A stretch of DNA of 64,000 bases from Mustelus asterias. Its lineage: Eukaryota. Made by a program: the position numbers and the translations under genes. Each line of letters opens with the position of its first letter. The first letter of the stretch is position 1. Below, piece by piece: positions 35,591-47,054 of the stretch. The notes under the pieces were generated by a model. That model was not told the origin of the DNA, searched no databases, and worked only from the letters and a program-made list of their open reading frames with translations. The stretch spans positions 32,426,001-32,490,000 of the forward strand of contig NC_135808.1 in the NCBI RefSeq assembly GCF_964213995.1, read 5' to 3'.

Positions 35591-37140
35591 CATTTCGAGC
35601 TAGAGGTCAACAAGAGCATGCCCTCCACCCTGGAAGCCTCGGTGTCTGGGTCATCATTACAGATGTCAGAGCAGCCTTCTCGGGCCAGAAAGCGACTGGC
35701 CCGGATGGGGCGCCCGGACGAGCACTCGGATCCTGTGCGGATCAGCTGGTGGGGGTGTTTGAAGACATCTTCAACCTCTCTTTACAACAATCTGAGGTCC
35801 CTATTTGTTTCAAGAAGATGACCATCATCCTGGTACCAAAGAAAAGCAAAGCAGCGTGTCTTAATGATTATCGTCTGGTGGCTCTCACATCCATCATTAT
35901 GAAGTGCTCAGATAGGTTAATCATGGCACGAATCAATTCCAGCCTCCTGGATTGCCAGGGTCCACTACAGTTCGCCTACCGCCACAATAGGTCCACAGCA
36001 GACGCCATTTCCCTGGCCCTGCTCTCAACCCTGGAACACCTAGATAACAAAGACACCTATGTCAGACTCCTTTTTATTGACTACAGCTCAGCCTTCAACA
36101 CCATTATTCTTCCGAAACTCATCTCCAAACTCCGTGGCCTGGGCCACAGCTCCTCCCTCTGCGACTGGATCCTGAACTTCCCAACCCACAGACCACAATC
36201 AGTAACGATAGGCAACAACACCTCCTCCATGATCATCCTCTACATCGGTGCCCCACAAGGCCGTGTTCTCAGCACCCTACTATACTCCTTATACACCTAT
36301 GACTGTTTGGCCAAATTCCCCTCCAACTCGATTGTCAAGTTTGCTGATGACACCACTGTAGTGGGTCAGGTCTCAAACAATGAAGAGACAGACTACAGGA
36401 ATGAGATAGAGAATCTGGTGAACTGATGTGATGATAATGATCTCTCTCTCAATGTCAACAAAATGAAGGAGATTGTCATTAACTTCAGGAAGTGTAGTGG
36501 AGAACATACCCTGGTCTACATCAACGGGGAGGAAGTAGAAATGGTCGAAAGCTTCAGATCACCAACAACCTGTCCTGGTCCCCCCATGCCGACATTATAG
36601 TTAAGAAAGCCCACCAACGCCTCTATTTTTTCAGAAGACTAAGGAAATTTGGCATGTCAGCTACGACTCTCACCAACCTTTACAGAGGCACCATAGAAAG
36701 CATTCATTCTGGTTGTATCACAGCTTGGTATGGCTCCTGCTCTGCCCAAGACCGCAAGGAACTACAAAATGTTCTGAATATAGCCCAATCCGTCATGCAA
36801 ACCAGCCTCCCATCCATTGACACTGTCTACACTTCCCGCTGCCTCGGCAAAGCAGCCAGCATAATCAAGGACCCCACGCACTCCAGACAAACTCTCTTCC
36901 ACCTTCTTCTGTCGGGAAAAAGATACAAAAGTCTGAGGTCATGTACCAATCGACTCAGGAACAGCTTCTTCCCTATTGCCACCAGACATTTGAATGGACC
37001 TACCTCGAACTAAGTTGATCTTTCTCTACACCCTAGTTATGACTGTAACATTACATTCTGCACTCTCTCCTTTCCTTCTCTATGAATGGTGTGCTTTGTC
37101 TGTATAACACGCAAGAAACCATATTTTTCACTGTATATTA
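35590..37140 (+). mobile_element. Rex1/Babar-type LINE RT fragment (upstream piece at ~33340-33480)
   Basis: [48 protein letters not shown]. Confidence 0.85.
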
Positions 37141-37483
37141 AGGTGATGGATATGTCAAAGTAAATAGGCAGAATTCGTATCTATTTCGGATATTGTTCTT
37201 TAACATTGACAAAATGGATACCAGCTAATAGATCACCATTTATACTCAGAAACATCCATGCACCAAATGTGCATCACTCACAGTAGGATTAGTCATTCCC
37301 TCATCTACCCCATATCACTCGTTCCCATTTTGGAAATAGGAATAAGCTTAATTGCCTTATTCATTAGCAAAGAAATTTGGGGGAAGGTTAGTTAGGATAT
37401 GACCGAGTATGGATATCTTGTGGAAGTTAGGTTACAACAATTGTGAAAATTAAAGTTCCATAATTGTAAAAAAAAATCTGTTA

Positions 37484-37980
37484 TGTAATGGGAAATGATT
37501 ATTAGCCAAACACGGCCTTCAGTCAGGCCTTCAGTGAGGCCAACACTGACGTACGCAGGATAAGCGAGTATATCTAAAACCTTGTCCCATTAACACTGCA
37601 TTCCAGGTCAGGACAGCAGGATGACAACAAAGAACAAGTTACCATGACGATTACCAAATAGCAAGAGATGGCGACATATTATGCCCATGAAGGATTGGTT
37701 TTCTATTGGATAAGAAAGGGCAAAAGGGCTATGCTGTGATTGGTGGATATGTATGTCAATGAAAGATGTGAAAAATCTCTTGTTCCTGATTGGCTGTAAT
37801 TGACTATAACTGCTGAGCTGCTTCGCTGTAACCTCAGAACCGCTCCGGACATCCAGTGTTGGCCGTAGAGAGTTCTCCTTGTGCACAAGGAATTAAAGAC
37901 CTTGCATTGGATGCATGGTGTCCAGTGCTGTTTGTGTTCAGAGTCGACTGAGTGCCTTTAGATTGCTGAGAACTCGAACA
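37484..37980 (+). mobile_element. Probable solo LTR (~497 bp) in gene B intron 2
   Basis: TG...CA ends, imperfect 4-bp TSD GTTA/GTTT, several ATTGG boxes, TATAA and ATTAAA. Confidence 0.6.
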
Positions 37981-38130
37981 GTTTTTATCTATTAAGGGGA
38001 TATTCTTAAAGCTCAGCCCAACGAGTCAGATTTGGACATGATTAAAGCCCTGTTCTAATGATAATTATTACAGGAATGCAGCTCTATCTAGTCTGGGAAA
38101 AAAACTTTTAAATATCTAATTTTCTCTGTT

Positions 38131-38461
38131 GGCGGCACAGTAGCACAGTGGTTAGCACTGCTGCTTCACAGCTCCAGGGACCTGGGTTCGATTCCCGGCT
38201 TGGGTCACTGTCTGTGTGGAGTTTGCGCATTCTCCTCGTGTCTGCGAGGGTTTCCTCCGGGTGCTCCAGTTTCCTCCCACAGTCCAAAGATGTGCAGGTT
38301 AGGTTGATTGGCCATGCTAAAAATTGCCCCTTAGTGTCCTGGGATGCATAGATTAGAGGGATTAGCGGGTAAAATATATGGGGGTAGGGCCTGGGTGGGA
38401 TTGTGGTCGGTGCAGACTCGATGGGCCGAATGGCCTCTTTCTGTACTGTAGGGTTTCTATG
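38131..38461 (+). mobile_element. tRNA-derived SINE
   Basis: Same family as 32033-32389 and 59874-60225. Confidence 0.92.
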
Positions 38462-39734
38462 AATAACTATCTCTTCTATGAAATATTTAAAATCCTTTTA
38501 TGACAGTATAAACGCAATTAAAAGTATTCAGGAATAATGTTATGACCTATTATCAATCCACATTATCAGCTCACAGCTTACAGAAAATAGGAACATTTTT
38601 AACAACTAAATAAAATGAATTATAAGGGCTAATGAAAAGGGTGGTGTTGGTGTTTAATCAAGGAGGAGGCACCTACATTTGCTAAAAATGATGCAATCTG
38701 TCCCAGAAAGGTATAACGTACAGATTTCTCTCAAATAGATTAATAGTATTGTAATTTCAATGTATTTTCAACCCTCCAAAGTTTCTCCTTTTGCCAAGGG
38801 AGCTAGATATCTTAAAGCAGATAGCTTAAAGTAGAAGATCCTGCCGCTGTCAATGGATCCGTCCCATTGGCTGCACCCCACTCTGCTGGGAAACCTACAG
38901 TGGGCACCATCGGGGGGACCAGATCCCACTGGTGTAAACAGCCAAAAAGTTCTGGCCTATGTTTTTAATATTTTATAGTCATTAATGTTGTGATGCACAT
39001 ATCCATTGTAAATAAGTTAGAAAAAGAATATGTCTCTTGTAACTTTTCTGTAAGCAGAACACTCCTCTGTTGTATCTTCTGAAAGTGAGAAGATTCATAT
39101 TTTTGAGTGCAGACCCTGCACCCTTATCATATCTGGTTAATTATAAAGGGCCCAATAAATTACTTAACAGGCTCCCTGGAAGGTGGTAATCTTTCTTGAT
39201 GGGTCCTTACTGGGGCCCATTTTTCACTTCATTAATATCTGTGGATTGCTCTCCTCACATTCTCCATCCATGAGTGACTGTCTCTGTCCTTGATAATCTC
39301 CACTCCCTTATCTCAGGGAGAGGTTTCTGACATTGTCCTTTCACACTGAGTCCTGGATTCACATTGTCTATTGTGTAATAGTGGAGAAGGCCAATCTCAG
39401 CCCCATATATATCAATATACATTGAGACACAGCAAGAAAACAGCAATGAGCCAACAAGCTGCCCTTTCCTGGATCATCTCAACCCTCTCACCATATTCTC
39501 AACTTCTTCATTCATAACCCCATCTTCCCACCTTCATCAATGTCAACACAACTTTGTACAGATCTCAATCAGAATAGGGAGAAGGAACAGAATCACTCTC
39601 CGTGTCTCCCTGATTCATGGTCCCACACACTGTACACCCCAGGGACACAGTCTGCAGTATAACTGTGGCTGGGTACCTGTCTGACACACATTAAACAGGA
39701 CAGTCAGTGGGAGATTGGACATCAGTGATCTTAC

Positions 39735-39995
39735 CGGATGTCTGGTTTGTGTTCTTCAGGATCGTATTCAGATTCTTCATTGCAATGTCGGATCGTGCGT
39801 TCCCAATATCTGTGAGCATATTCCAGAATTCCTCCTTGAAATGTTCTTCCATGAACTTTTGCCTGGGGATCATCTGACGGATATCACTGTCATAATAATC
39901 TATTTCCACTCCATTGATCATTGCAACACCACTAACAACAGGAAAGTCTTTAATACCAGAGATTGCTGTGTATATCACAGTAAATGAGCTGGTAT
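39735..39995 (-). CDS. Gene B alpha1 exon (87 codons)
   Basis: TTTCTTTTACAG acceptor, GTAAGA donor; DTSSFTVIYTAISGIKDFP...YYDSDIRQMIPRQKF...FWN...NQTS(G). Confidence 0.94.
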
Positions 39996-40536
39996 CTGTA
40001 AAAGAAACAATTAAATTCACAGGTTAATAGACCTTTCCACACATTCCCAGCTGATCACAGTGAGAGCCATCCACACTGTGACAAACTCTAATAATCCTCC
40101 ACTTTATCCCAATGTCAGAATCCTCTCTAATATTAGAAACAGGGGGATGGACAATCCAGAGCAGGATCTCCACTGTCCTTCACAGAGCTTTTTAATCATC
40201 CCTTTATACACGCTCACATGGATGTTGGTGGTCTGAGATAACCCGGAATATTCAATCAAGAGAGAATCACAGCTGATCCTGGGGTGGGTGAAACACGGAT
40301 TATCCTTCTCCTCTCCATAGCGTTTCGAAGACTTTAGACCAGGAGTGATGAAGCTGTTTTGCTTCTCCCAATCAATACGAAAATTAAAATTGTCCATTTG
40401 AAGCATTTTCCATTTGCTCCAAGCTTCTCTGCTCTGGGTGTTTGTACATCCTGCTGTCAGGAGAGCTGAACACCAATCCCATCAGAGTCTTCCACACTGT
40501 GCTGACTTCAATGGTGTCAAATATCAGGTTGGCTGT

Positions 40537-40832
40537 TGACGCGCGATAAATCACACGGGAGGCTGGATGTACCCGGGAAATAAAGGCTTTTATTGCCAAC
40601 AATAACGGAGCTACTATATACAATATACAATCCCAGACTAAAGGGTCACCAGGCAGAGCAGTGACCTTTATACCTCTCCCAGAAGGCGGAGCCAACTGGC
40701 GTGTACCATAGGACTATATTAACAGGTAGAACAGCCCAACCCTAACCCCAACAGTAACATATCTACAGACTCATAGTACTGGCCAGACCATGGCTCAGCA
40801 CTCCTGGTGGTAACCAACAATGGTTCAGCACA
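40537..40832 (-). mobile_element. Solo LTR (296 bp) related to the Gypsy LTRs at 11385 and 15801, in gene B intron 1
   Basis: Reverse complement aligns to the Gypsy LTR (GAGAGGTATAAAGGTC, AATAAAAGCCTTTATTTCC); 5-bp TSD GCTGT; empty site in gene C near 45645. Confidence 0.92.
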
Positions 40833-40942
40833 GCTGTATAACAGCGTCTGAGCAAACATCACCCATTTCAAACTCTCACCAAAAGATTCAAATTCACCCC
40901 AGAGAGAGAGAGTGAGAATGGAAGAGTGAATTCTGTACTTAC

Positions 40943-40994
40943 CGGGAGAGACCCAGGAAAAACACAGGGAGATGGAGAAAAGGATCAGCAACAT
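40943..40994 (-). CDS. Gene B leader exon
   Basis: ATG 40994, MLLILFSISLCFSWVSP, G|GTAAGT. Confidence 0.92.
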
Positions 40995-41193
40995 TCTGGG
41001 AATCCACTGTCCCAATTCCAATCAGTGACTGGGAATTAAACACTCTGAGGAGGAAACAACTTTATAAACTGAGGGGAAACTTGAAAAAAACAAAAATTTT
41101 ATCCAGACTCCATTTTCCTGTCTCAGTCGAACTTTGCTCATTTCCTTATTGCAGAAGCAGAGGATGACTGAATGGTTAGTCTCAGAAAATTAA

Positions 41194-41257
41194 CCAATTT
41201 AAGAGATAAACAGTTAACCTGTCACTCGTTACCAGGAAGATCAAACTCAGACAGGTT
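41194..41257 (-). promoter_or_regulatory. SXY promoter module of gene B
   Basis: AACCT-16 bp-CCTGGTAAC-GAGTGACA-21 bp-ATTGG; IRF-like AAAGTGAAAC at 41302-41311. Confidence 0.8.
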
Positions 41258-42099
41258 CCGATTCAGGCTGAAAAATCTAATCTTTCTCCAGCGCCTTTCA
41301 CAAAGTGAAACCTCCCCAAGGGCAGCTTTATAAAACAAAGATTGACCCAGAGACACACACAGCTCAGTGCACAAAAACTGCTCAAAGTTCTAAAGTGTTT
41401 TAGAGAGAGGCTGCAGAGGGGTGTAGGGAGGGGATTACAGAGTGAAGGACCGAGGTTACTAAAGGCACAGTCCCCAGTGGGGCGATTCTAATCCCTGATA
41501 CTGGAGATTTCCGAATGAGAGGAACACAGAGATCTCACAGAGTTTGTGAAACTGGAGGAGATTACAGAAATAGGAAGGGGCGAGGACATGGAGAGATTTC
41601 AATTTTAAAATTCTCAAGATCCACTGCAGCAACTCACCAAGGTTGCTGTTCCATTGAGTGTTCGAGATATAGATTCTTTGGGGCTTGTCTATCTCCCAAC
41701 GTAACCTGCATGAGACTGAAGTTTGTTCAAACATTCCTCTGTATTTACAGCTTCAATATGTGTCTGAGGATCTCTGTATGAGGCTAAAACTCTTCCCCGC
41801 TCCAGAGCCACAGCAATGTGGTTGGCTTTTAACTGTCCTTGGGCAATAAATGCTGGCCAGCCAGCGGTGCCCAGGTCCCACGAATGAATAAAGAAAACAG
41901 ATTAAAGATGTGCAGGTTAGGTGGATTTGCCATGCTATATTGCTCCTTAGTGTCCCAAGACGTGCAGGTTAGGGGGATTAGTGGGGTTAGGGGATAGGGC
42001 AGCGTCTGGGCCTGAGTAAGATGCTCTGTTGGTACATACTCAATGGGCCAAATGGTCTCCTACTGCACTGATAGGGATTCTATCATGCTATGAAAATCC

Positions 42100-43170
42100 A
42101 GGGCAGAGAGAATGCTAGCCTTTATTTCAAAGGGAATGGAATATAAAAATAGGGAAAGCTTGCTAAAACTATACAAGGCACGAGTTAGACCACTCCTGGA
42201 ATACTGAGAACAGTTTTGGTCCCCTTATCTAAGGAAAGATATACTGGCCTTGGAGGCAGTCCAGAGAAGGTTCACTCGGTTGAACCCGGGTGTTGAGGGA
42301 TTTTCTTATGAGGAGAGGTTGAGTAGGTTAGGCCTGTACTCATTGGAGTTTAGAAGAATGAGAGGCGACCTTTTTGAGACATATTTGACAGAGTAGATCT
42401 GAGAGGTTGTTTCCCCTTGTGGGACAGTCTAGGACCAGAGGGCAGAATCTCAGAGTAAGATGTCACCCATTTAAGACAGAGATGAGGAGGAATTTCTTCT
42501 CTCAGTGTGTAGTGTCTCTCTGCAATTCTTTACCAGAGAGGGCTGTAGAGACTGGATCATTCAGTATGTTCAAGGCTGAGAAAGACAGATTGTTAATGAG
42601 TTAGTGAACGAAGGGTTATGGGGGTAAGGTGGATAAGTGGAGCTGAGGATTATCACATCAGGATCAGTCATGATCTCATTGAATGGTGGAGCTGACTTGA
42701 TGGGCTGAATGGCCTACATCTGCTCCTATATCTTCTGGTCTTATGAGTCGTTTGACTGGGAACTTACAGGTCAGTGAGCACAGGGGTACCTGAGGAACAC
42801 CGAGCCCAGTGAGAGGGTTCATGGACTGGGTTGTAAGAGCCTGAGGGGTATTGACAGGGTGGATGTGGAGAGGATGTTTCCTCTTGTCGGCGAATCTAGA
42901 ACTCGGGGTCAGAGTTTAAAATAAGGGGTCTCCTGTTTAAGACAGAGATGAGGAGAAATGTTTTCTCTCAGAGAGTCACGAGGCTCCGGATCTCTCTTCC
43001 TCCAAAGGCAGTGGAAGCTTTGAATATTTTTAAGGCAGAGTTAGATAGATTCTTGATCAACAAGCGGGTGAAAGGTTATCGGGGAACAGGCAAGAATGTG
43101 GGGTTGAAGTTACAATCACACCAGCCATGATCTTATTGAATAGGGGAACAGGCTCGAGGGGCCGAGTGGC
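42100..43170 (+). mobile_element. CR1 3' fragments (paralogous to 16320-17250)
   Basis: Collinear, highly similar sequence. Confidence 0.88.
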
Positions 43171-43539
43171 CTAATCCCTTTGCTGGTATGTGGTATAACT
43201 CCAGTCTGAGCACAGCCAGTTTAACAGTTCCCGGGGGGACTGGATCAGTGTCAATGTGTTCACTGTGAGGGGAGAGTCCAGGATCCCGGTGTCTCCTCTC
43301 TTTACACTGGAGCAGCTGGACGAGGCCTCTTCAATCTCACTGTAATGATGGCATTGAATCGACTGAAAGGGGAATCTCCAACCTGTTGGGCGCTCCTGCC
43401 AGTTCCATGGTGGAGCCATGATGGAACTAAGGTCACATCAGACACTTAACTGGCCATCGTCGAACTGGAATTCTCCCCCCCACCCACCTCGCCCCGGGAG
43501 GTGTCGGGAGTGGTGACAGCTGCTCACAATGTATTCATC

Positions 43540-44400
43540 ATAAGACCATAAGAAATAGGAACAGGAGGAGGCCATTCAGCTCTTCGAGCCTGTTCGGCAA
43601 TTTAATAAGATCATGGATGGTCTAACACTCATTGAGTCCAATTTCCTCTCTTCTCTCCGTAATCCTTAATTTCCAAACTGATTAAAAACCTATCAATCTC
43701 AGACTTGAATATGTTGAAGGACTCGACCTCCACAGCTTCCTGGTGTAAAGAATTCCAAAGATTCACCACTCTTTGACGGATTAAATTCTTCCCCAAATCC
43801 GTGTTAAGTGATCACCCCCTTATTCTGCGACTCTGTCCTCTGATCCTACACTCTCCCATGAGTGGAAACATCCTCCCAACATTTACCCTGTCGAACCCCC
43901 GAAGACTCTTATATGTTTCAATCATGTCACCGCTCATTCCTCTGAACTCCAAGGAGTACAGACCCAACCTGTTTAATCTTCCCTCATATGGCAGTCCCTC
44001 TGTACCCGGCATCATCCCAGTAAACCTCCTCTGTACTGCCTCCAATGACAATATATTTCCTTAAATAATGGACCAAATCTGTACACAGTATCATAACTGT
44101 GGCCTCACTGGTACCTTGTACAGTTGCAGCAACACCCCTTCACTTTTATACTCCAGCCTCCTTGAAATAACAGCGAGCATTCCATTTACCATCCCTATTA
44201 CCCTCTGTACCTGTATTGATGGCTTTCGGGTTTCATGAACAAGGCCCCCCCCGAGTCCCTTTGTGCTGCAGCTTTCTGCAGTCTTTCCATTTAAATAATA
44301 ATCTGCCTTCTCATTCCTTCATTCAAAATGAACAAGCTCACATTTTTCCACATTGAATTCCATTTGCCAATTTGCTGCCCATTCACTAACCTGTCAATAT
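43540..44400 (-). mobile_element. CR1 3' fragment
   Basis: LEAVQRRFTGMMPG...; CR1 3' tail. Confidence 0.85.
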
Positions 44401-44559
44401 ATTTGAACCATAGAATGTCCACAGTGCAGAAGGAGGCCATTCAGCCCATTTGAGACTGCACCAACAACAATTCTATGCCATTTTATATGTCCACTGATCG
44501 GCAGGGGAGTATGCAAGGGGGGCTTATCTGCGGGGGCGGGAGAGAGGGGGCAGAGATAG

Positions 44560-45170
44560 GCACAGGGAGTCCAATACAAACTGAAAGAACAGCATCTAAT
44601 CTTTGAATTTAAGCATCTAATTAGGAATTGTACAGCGTTCTGGACTGAACATTGAGTTCAACAACTTCAGAGCATGAATTCTTCCTTCCACCTTCGCCCC
44701 ATTTCCATTTATTTTATTTCTTTTTCTTGTTCATCCATTTTTATTACTTTATATTATTATCGTCATTTTTATTTTTAATTCCTTCCATTGTTTCATTTCT
44801 CCACTTCTAAAATCTCACTTTCCATTTTGTTTCCCCCTCCCCCCACCCCATGAGGACCCTCTGCCACATGCCTCAGGTTGTTTGACATTCTGTACCTCTG
44901 TTCTACTGTTTACACATTATGATCTCTTAATGGACGCTATTCGCTCCATTCCTGGCCTTTATCACCACCATTTGCATTCCCTTTGTCTTTTTGCCTTTTC
45001 CATCCCTATCCATTATAGCCCCCTCCACCCCACCCTTACAGTATGAATCTCGTCCTATTTTCTTTGCCTTCAGCTCTGACGAAGAGTCATCCAGACTCGA
45101 AACATTGGCTCTTTTCTCTCTCCACAGATCTGTCAGACCTGCTGAGATTTTCCAGCATTTTCTGTTGTGT
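44560..45170 (+). mobile_element. Penelope-like element 3' fragment abutting the gene C promoter
   Basis: KLKEQHLIF...GLNIEFNNFRA* (GIY-YIG C-terminus); hammerhead-like core at 45076-45102. Confidence 0.75.
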
Positions 45171-45178
45171 TGAATAAC

Positions 45179-45240
45179 AACCTGTCTGAGTTTAATCTGC
45201 CTGGTAACTGCTGACATTACATTCTTTATCCTGTTATTGG
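45179..45240 (+). promoter_or_regulatory. SXY promoter module of gene C
   Basis: AACCT(45179)-16 bp-CCTGGTAAC(45200)-TGCTGACA-19 bp-ATTGG(45236); second CCAAT at 45259. Confidence 0.8.
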
Positions 45241-45488
45241 CTATTTTTCTGAGGCTAACCAATCAGAGCTTGTCCAGGAAGTTTAAGTTCAGGAAATGAT
45301 CAAACTGGAAATAAACAACAATAAAAGAGGGAAATGCGATGACTGGTCTGAACTGTTTCTGTCCTTCTGAATCTACTTGGACTTCTTGTTTATTGTGTGT
45401 TTTCCAATCACAATAAACAGTGTTAGATTCCTCCTCAGAGTGTTTAATTCGCAGTCACTGATTGGAATTGGGACAGTGGATTCCCAGA

Positions 45489-45540
45489 ATGTTGCTGATC
45501 CTTTTCTCCATCTCCCTGTGTTTTTCCTGGGTCTCTCCCG
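45489..45540 (+). CDS. MHC class I-like gene C leader exon
   Basis: ATG 45489, MLLILFSISLCFSWVSP, G|GTAAGT. Confidence 0.92.
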
Positions 45541-45812
45541 GTAAGTACAGAATTCACTCTTCCATTCTCACTCTCTCTCTCTGGGGTGAATTTGAATCTT
45601 TTGGTGAGAGTTTGAAATGGGTGATGTTTGCTCAGACGCTGTTATACAGCCAGCCTGATATTTGACACCATTGAAGTCAGCACAGTGTGGAAGACTCTGA
45701 TGGGATTGGTGTTCAGCTCTCCTGACAGCAGGATGTACAAACACCCAGAGCAGAGAAGCTTGGAGCAAATGGAAAATGCTTCAAATGGACAATTTTAATT
45801 TTCACTTCGATT

Positions 45813-46080
45813 GGCGGCACGGTGGCACAGTGGTTAGCACTGCTGCCTCACAGCGCCAGGGACCCGGGTTTGATTCCTGGCTTGGGTCACTGTGTGGAGT
45901 TTGCACGTTCTTGTGTCTGTGTGGGTTTCCTCTGGGTGCTCCAGTTTCTTCCCACAGTCTGAAAGACATGCTGTTTAGGTGCATTGACCTGAACAGGTGC
46001 CAGAGTGTAGCGACTACGGGAATTTCACAGTAACTTCATTGTAGTGTTAATGTAAGCCTTACATGTGACTAATACATTTT
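45813..46080 (+). mobile_element. tRNA-derived SINE in gene C intron 1
   Basis: A and B boxes plus core; absent at the homologous site in B (~40375). Confidence 0.9.
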
Positions 46081-46788
46081 TTATTAATTTTAAAAATTGG
46101 GAGAAGCAAAACAGTTTCATCACCCCTGGTCTAAAGTCTTCGAAACACTGCGGAGAGGAGAAGGATAATCCATGTTTCACCCACCCCGGGATCAGCTGTG
46201 ATGCCCTCATGGTTGAATAGGTCAGGTTATCTTTGAATAGGTCAGGTTATCTCAGACCACCAACATCCTAGTGAGTATGAGTAAAGCTCTGTGAAGGACA
46301 GTGGAGATCCTGCTCTGGATTATCCATCCCCCTGTTTGATGGTGAGACTGTTCGTATCGTGACTGTCTCCCCCTCCCCCCTCCCCCCCCCCTCCCCCCCC
46401 CCCCCCCCCCCCCCCACCCCCCCATCCCATGGTGCGGGGTTCTGCTCACAACCAACAGTGAAACTAAAACTGGATCACGAGACACTCTTCCCTTCCAGTG
46501 ATTTAAGGCTGCTGCAATTTAAAAACAGATTACTGAAAAGATGATAAACAGCAGACCAGTCCGGAGTGACTCTGATTCCGTGTTTACTCCCTGCTCTGAG
46601 ACTCTGCAGCACCTAATTCTCACCCAGTTTAATGTGATTCTGTTTCTAATATCAGACAGGATTCTGACATTGGGATAAAGTGGGGGATTATTGGAGTTTG
46701 TCACTGTGTGGATGGCTCTCACTGTGACCCCAGGGGGTAGTGTGTGGAAATGTCTATTAACCTGCCACTGTAATTGGTTATTTTCCAG

Positions 46789-47049
46789 CTACTGATTCAA
46801 TAATTGCAGTATACACCGCGGTCTCCGGAATGACAGATTTCCCCGAGGTGACTAAAGTTGCGACGGTCAATGGAATTCAGGTGAATTATCACGACAGTAA
46901 CATTCGACAGACCATCCCCAGACAGCAGTTCCTGATGGAATCTTTCAAACAGGCCTATTGGGATGATCTGTCTAGTATTGGAAACAGACATTCGACCGTC
47001 ACAAAGGATTATCTGTTTACAGTCATGAAGAGCATGAACCAGACATCAG
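46789..47049 (+). CDS. Gene C alpha1 exon (87 codons)
   Basis: TTATTTTCCAG acceptor, GTAAGA donor; ATDSIIAVYTAVSGMTDFPEV...YHDSNIRQTIPRQQF...YWD...NQTS(G). Confidence 0.94.
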
Positions 47050-47054
47050 GTAAG

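Larger units (their letters stand above)
29774..40994 (-). pseudogene. MHC class I-like gene B (full exon set; alpha3 disrupted by a SINE)
   Basis: Leader, alpha1, alpha2, alpha3, TM and cytoplasmic exons all phase 1 with AG/GT; the SINE introduces a stop at 32270-32272. Confidence 0.85.

Noticed and set aside
45462-45488. Extended leader MELGQWIPR from the ORF track
   Set aside because: Starts at TTG; the first ATG is 45489 (10941 and 40994 in A and B)
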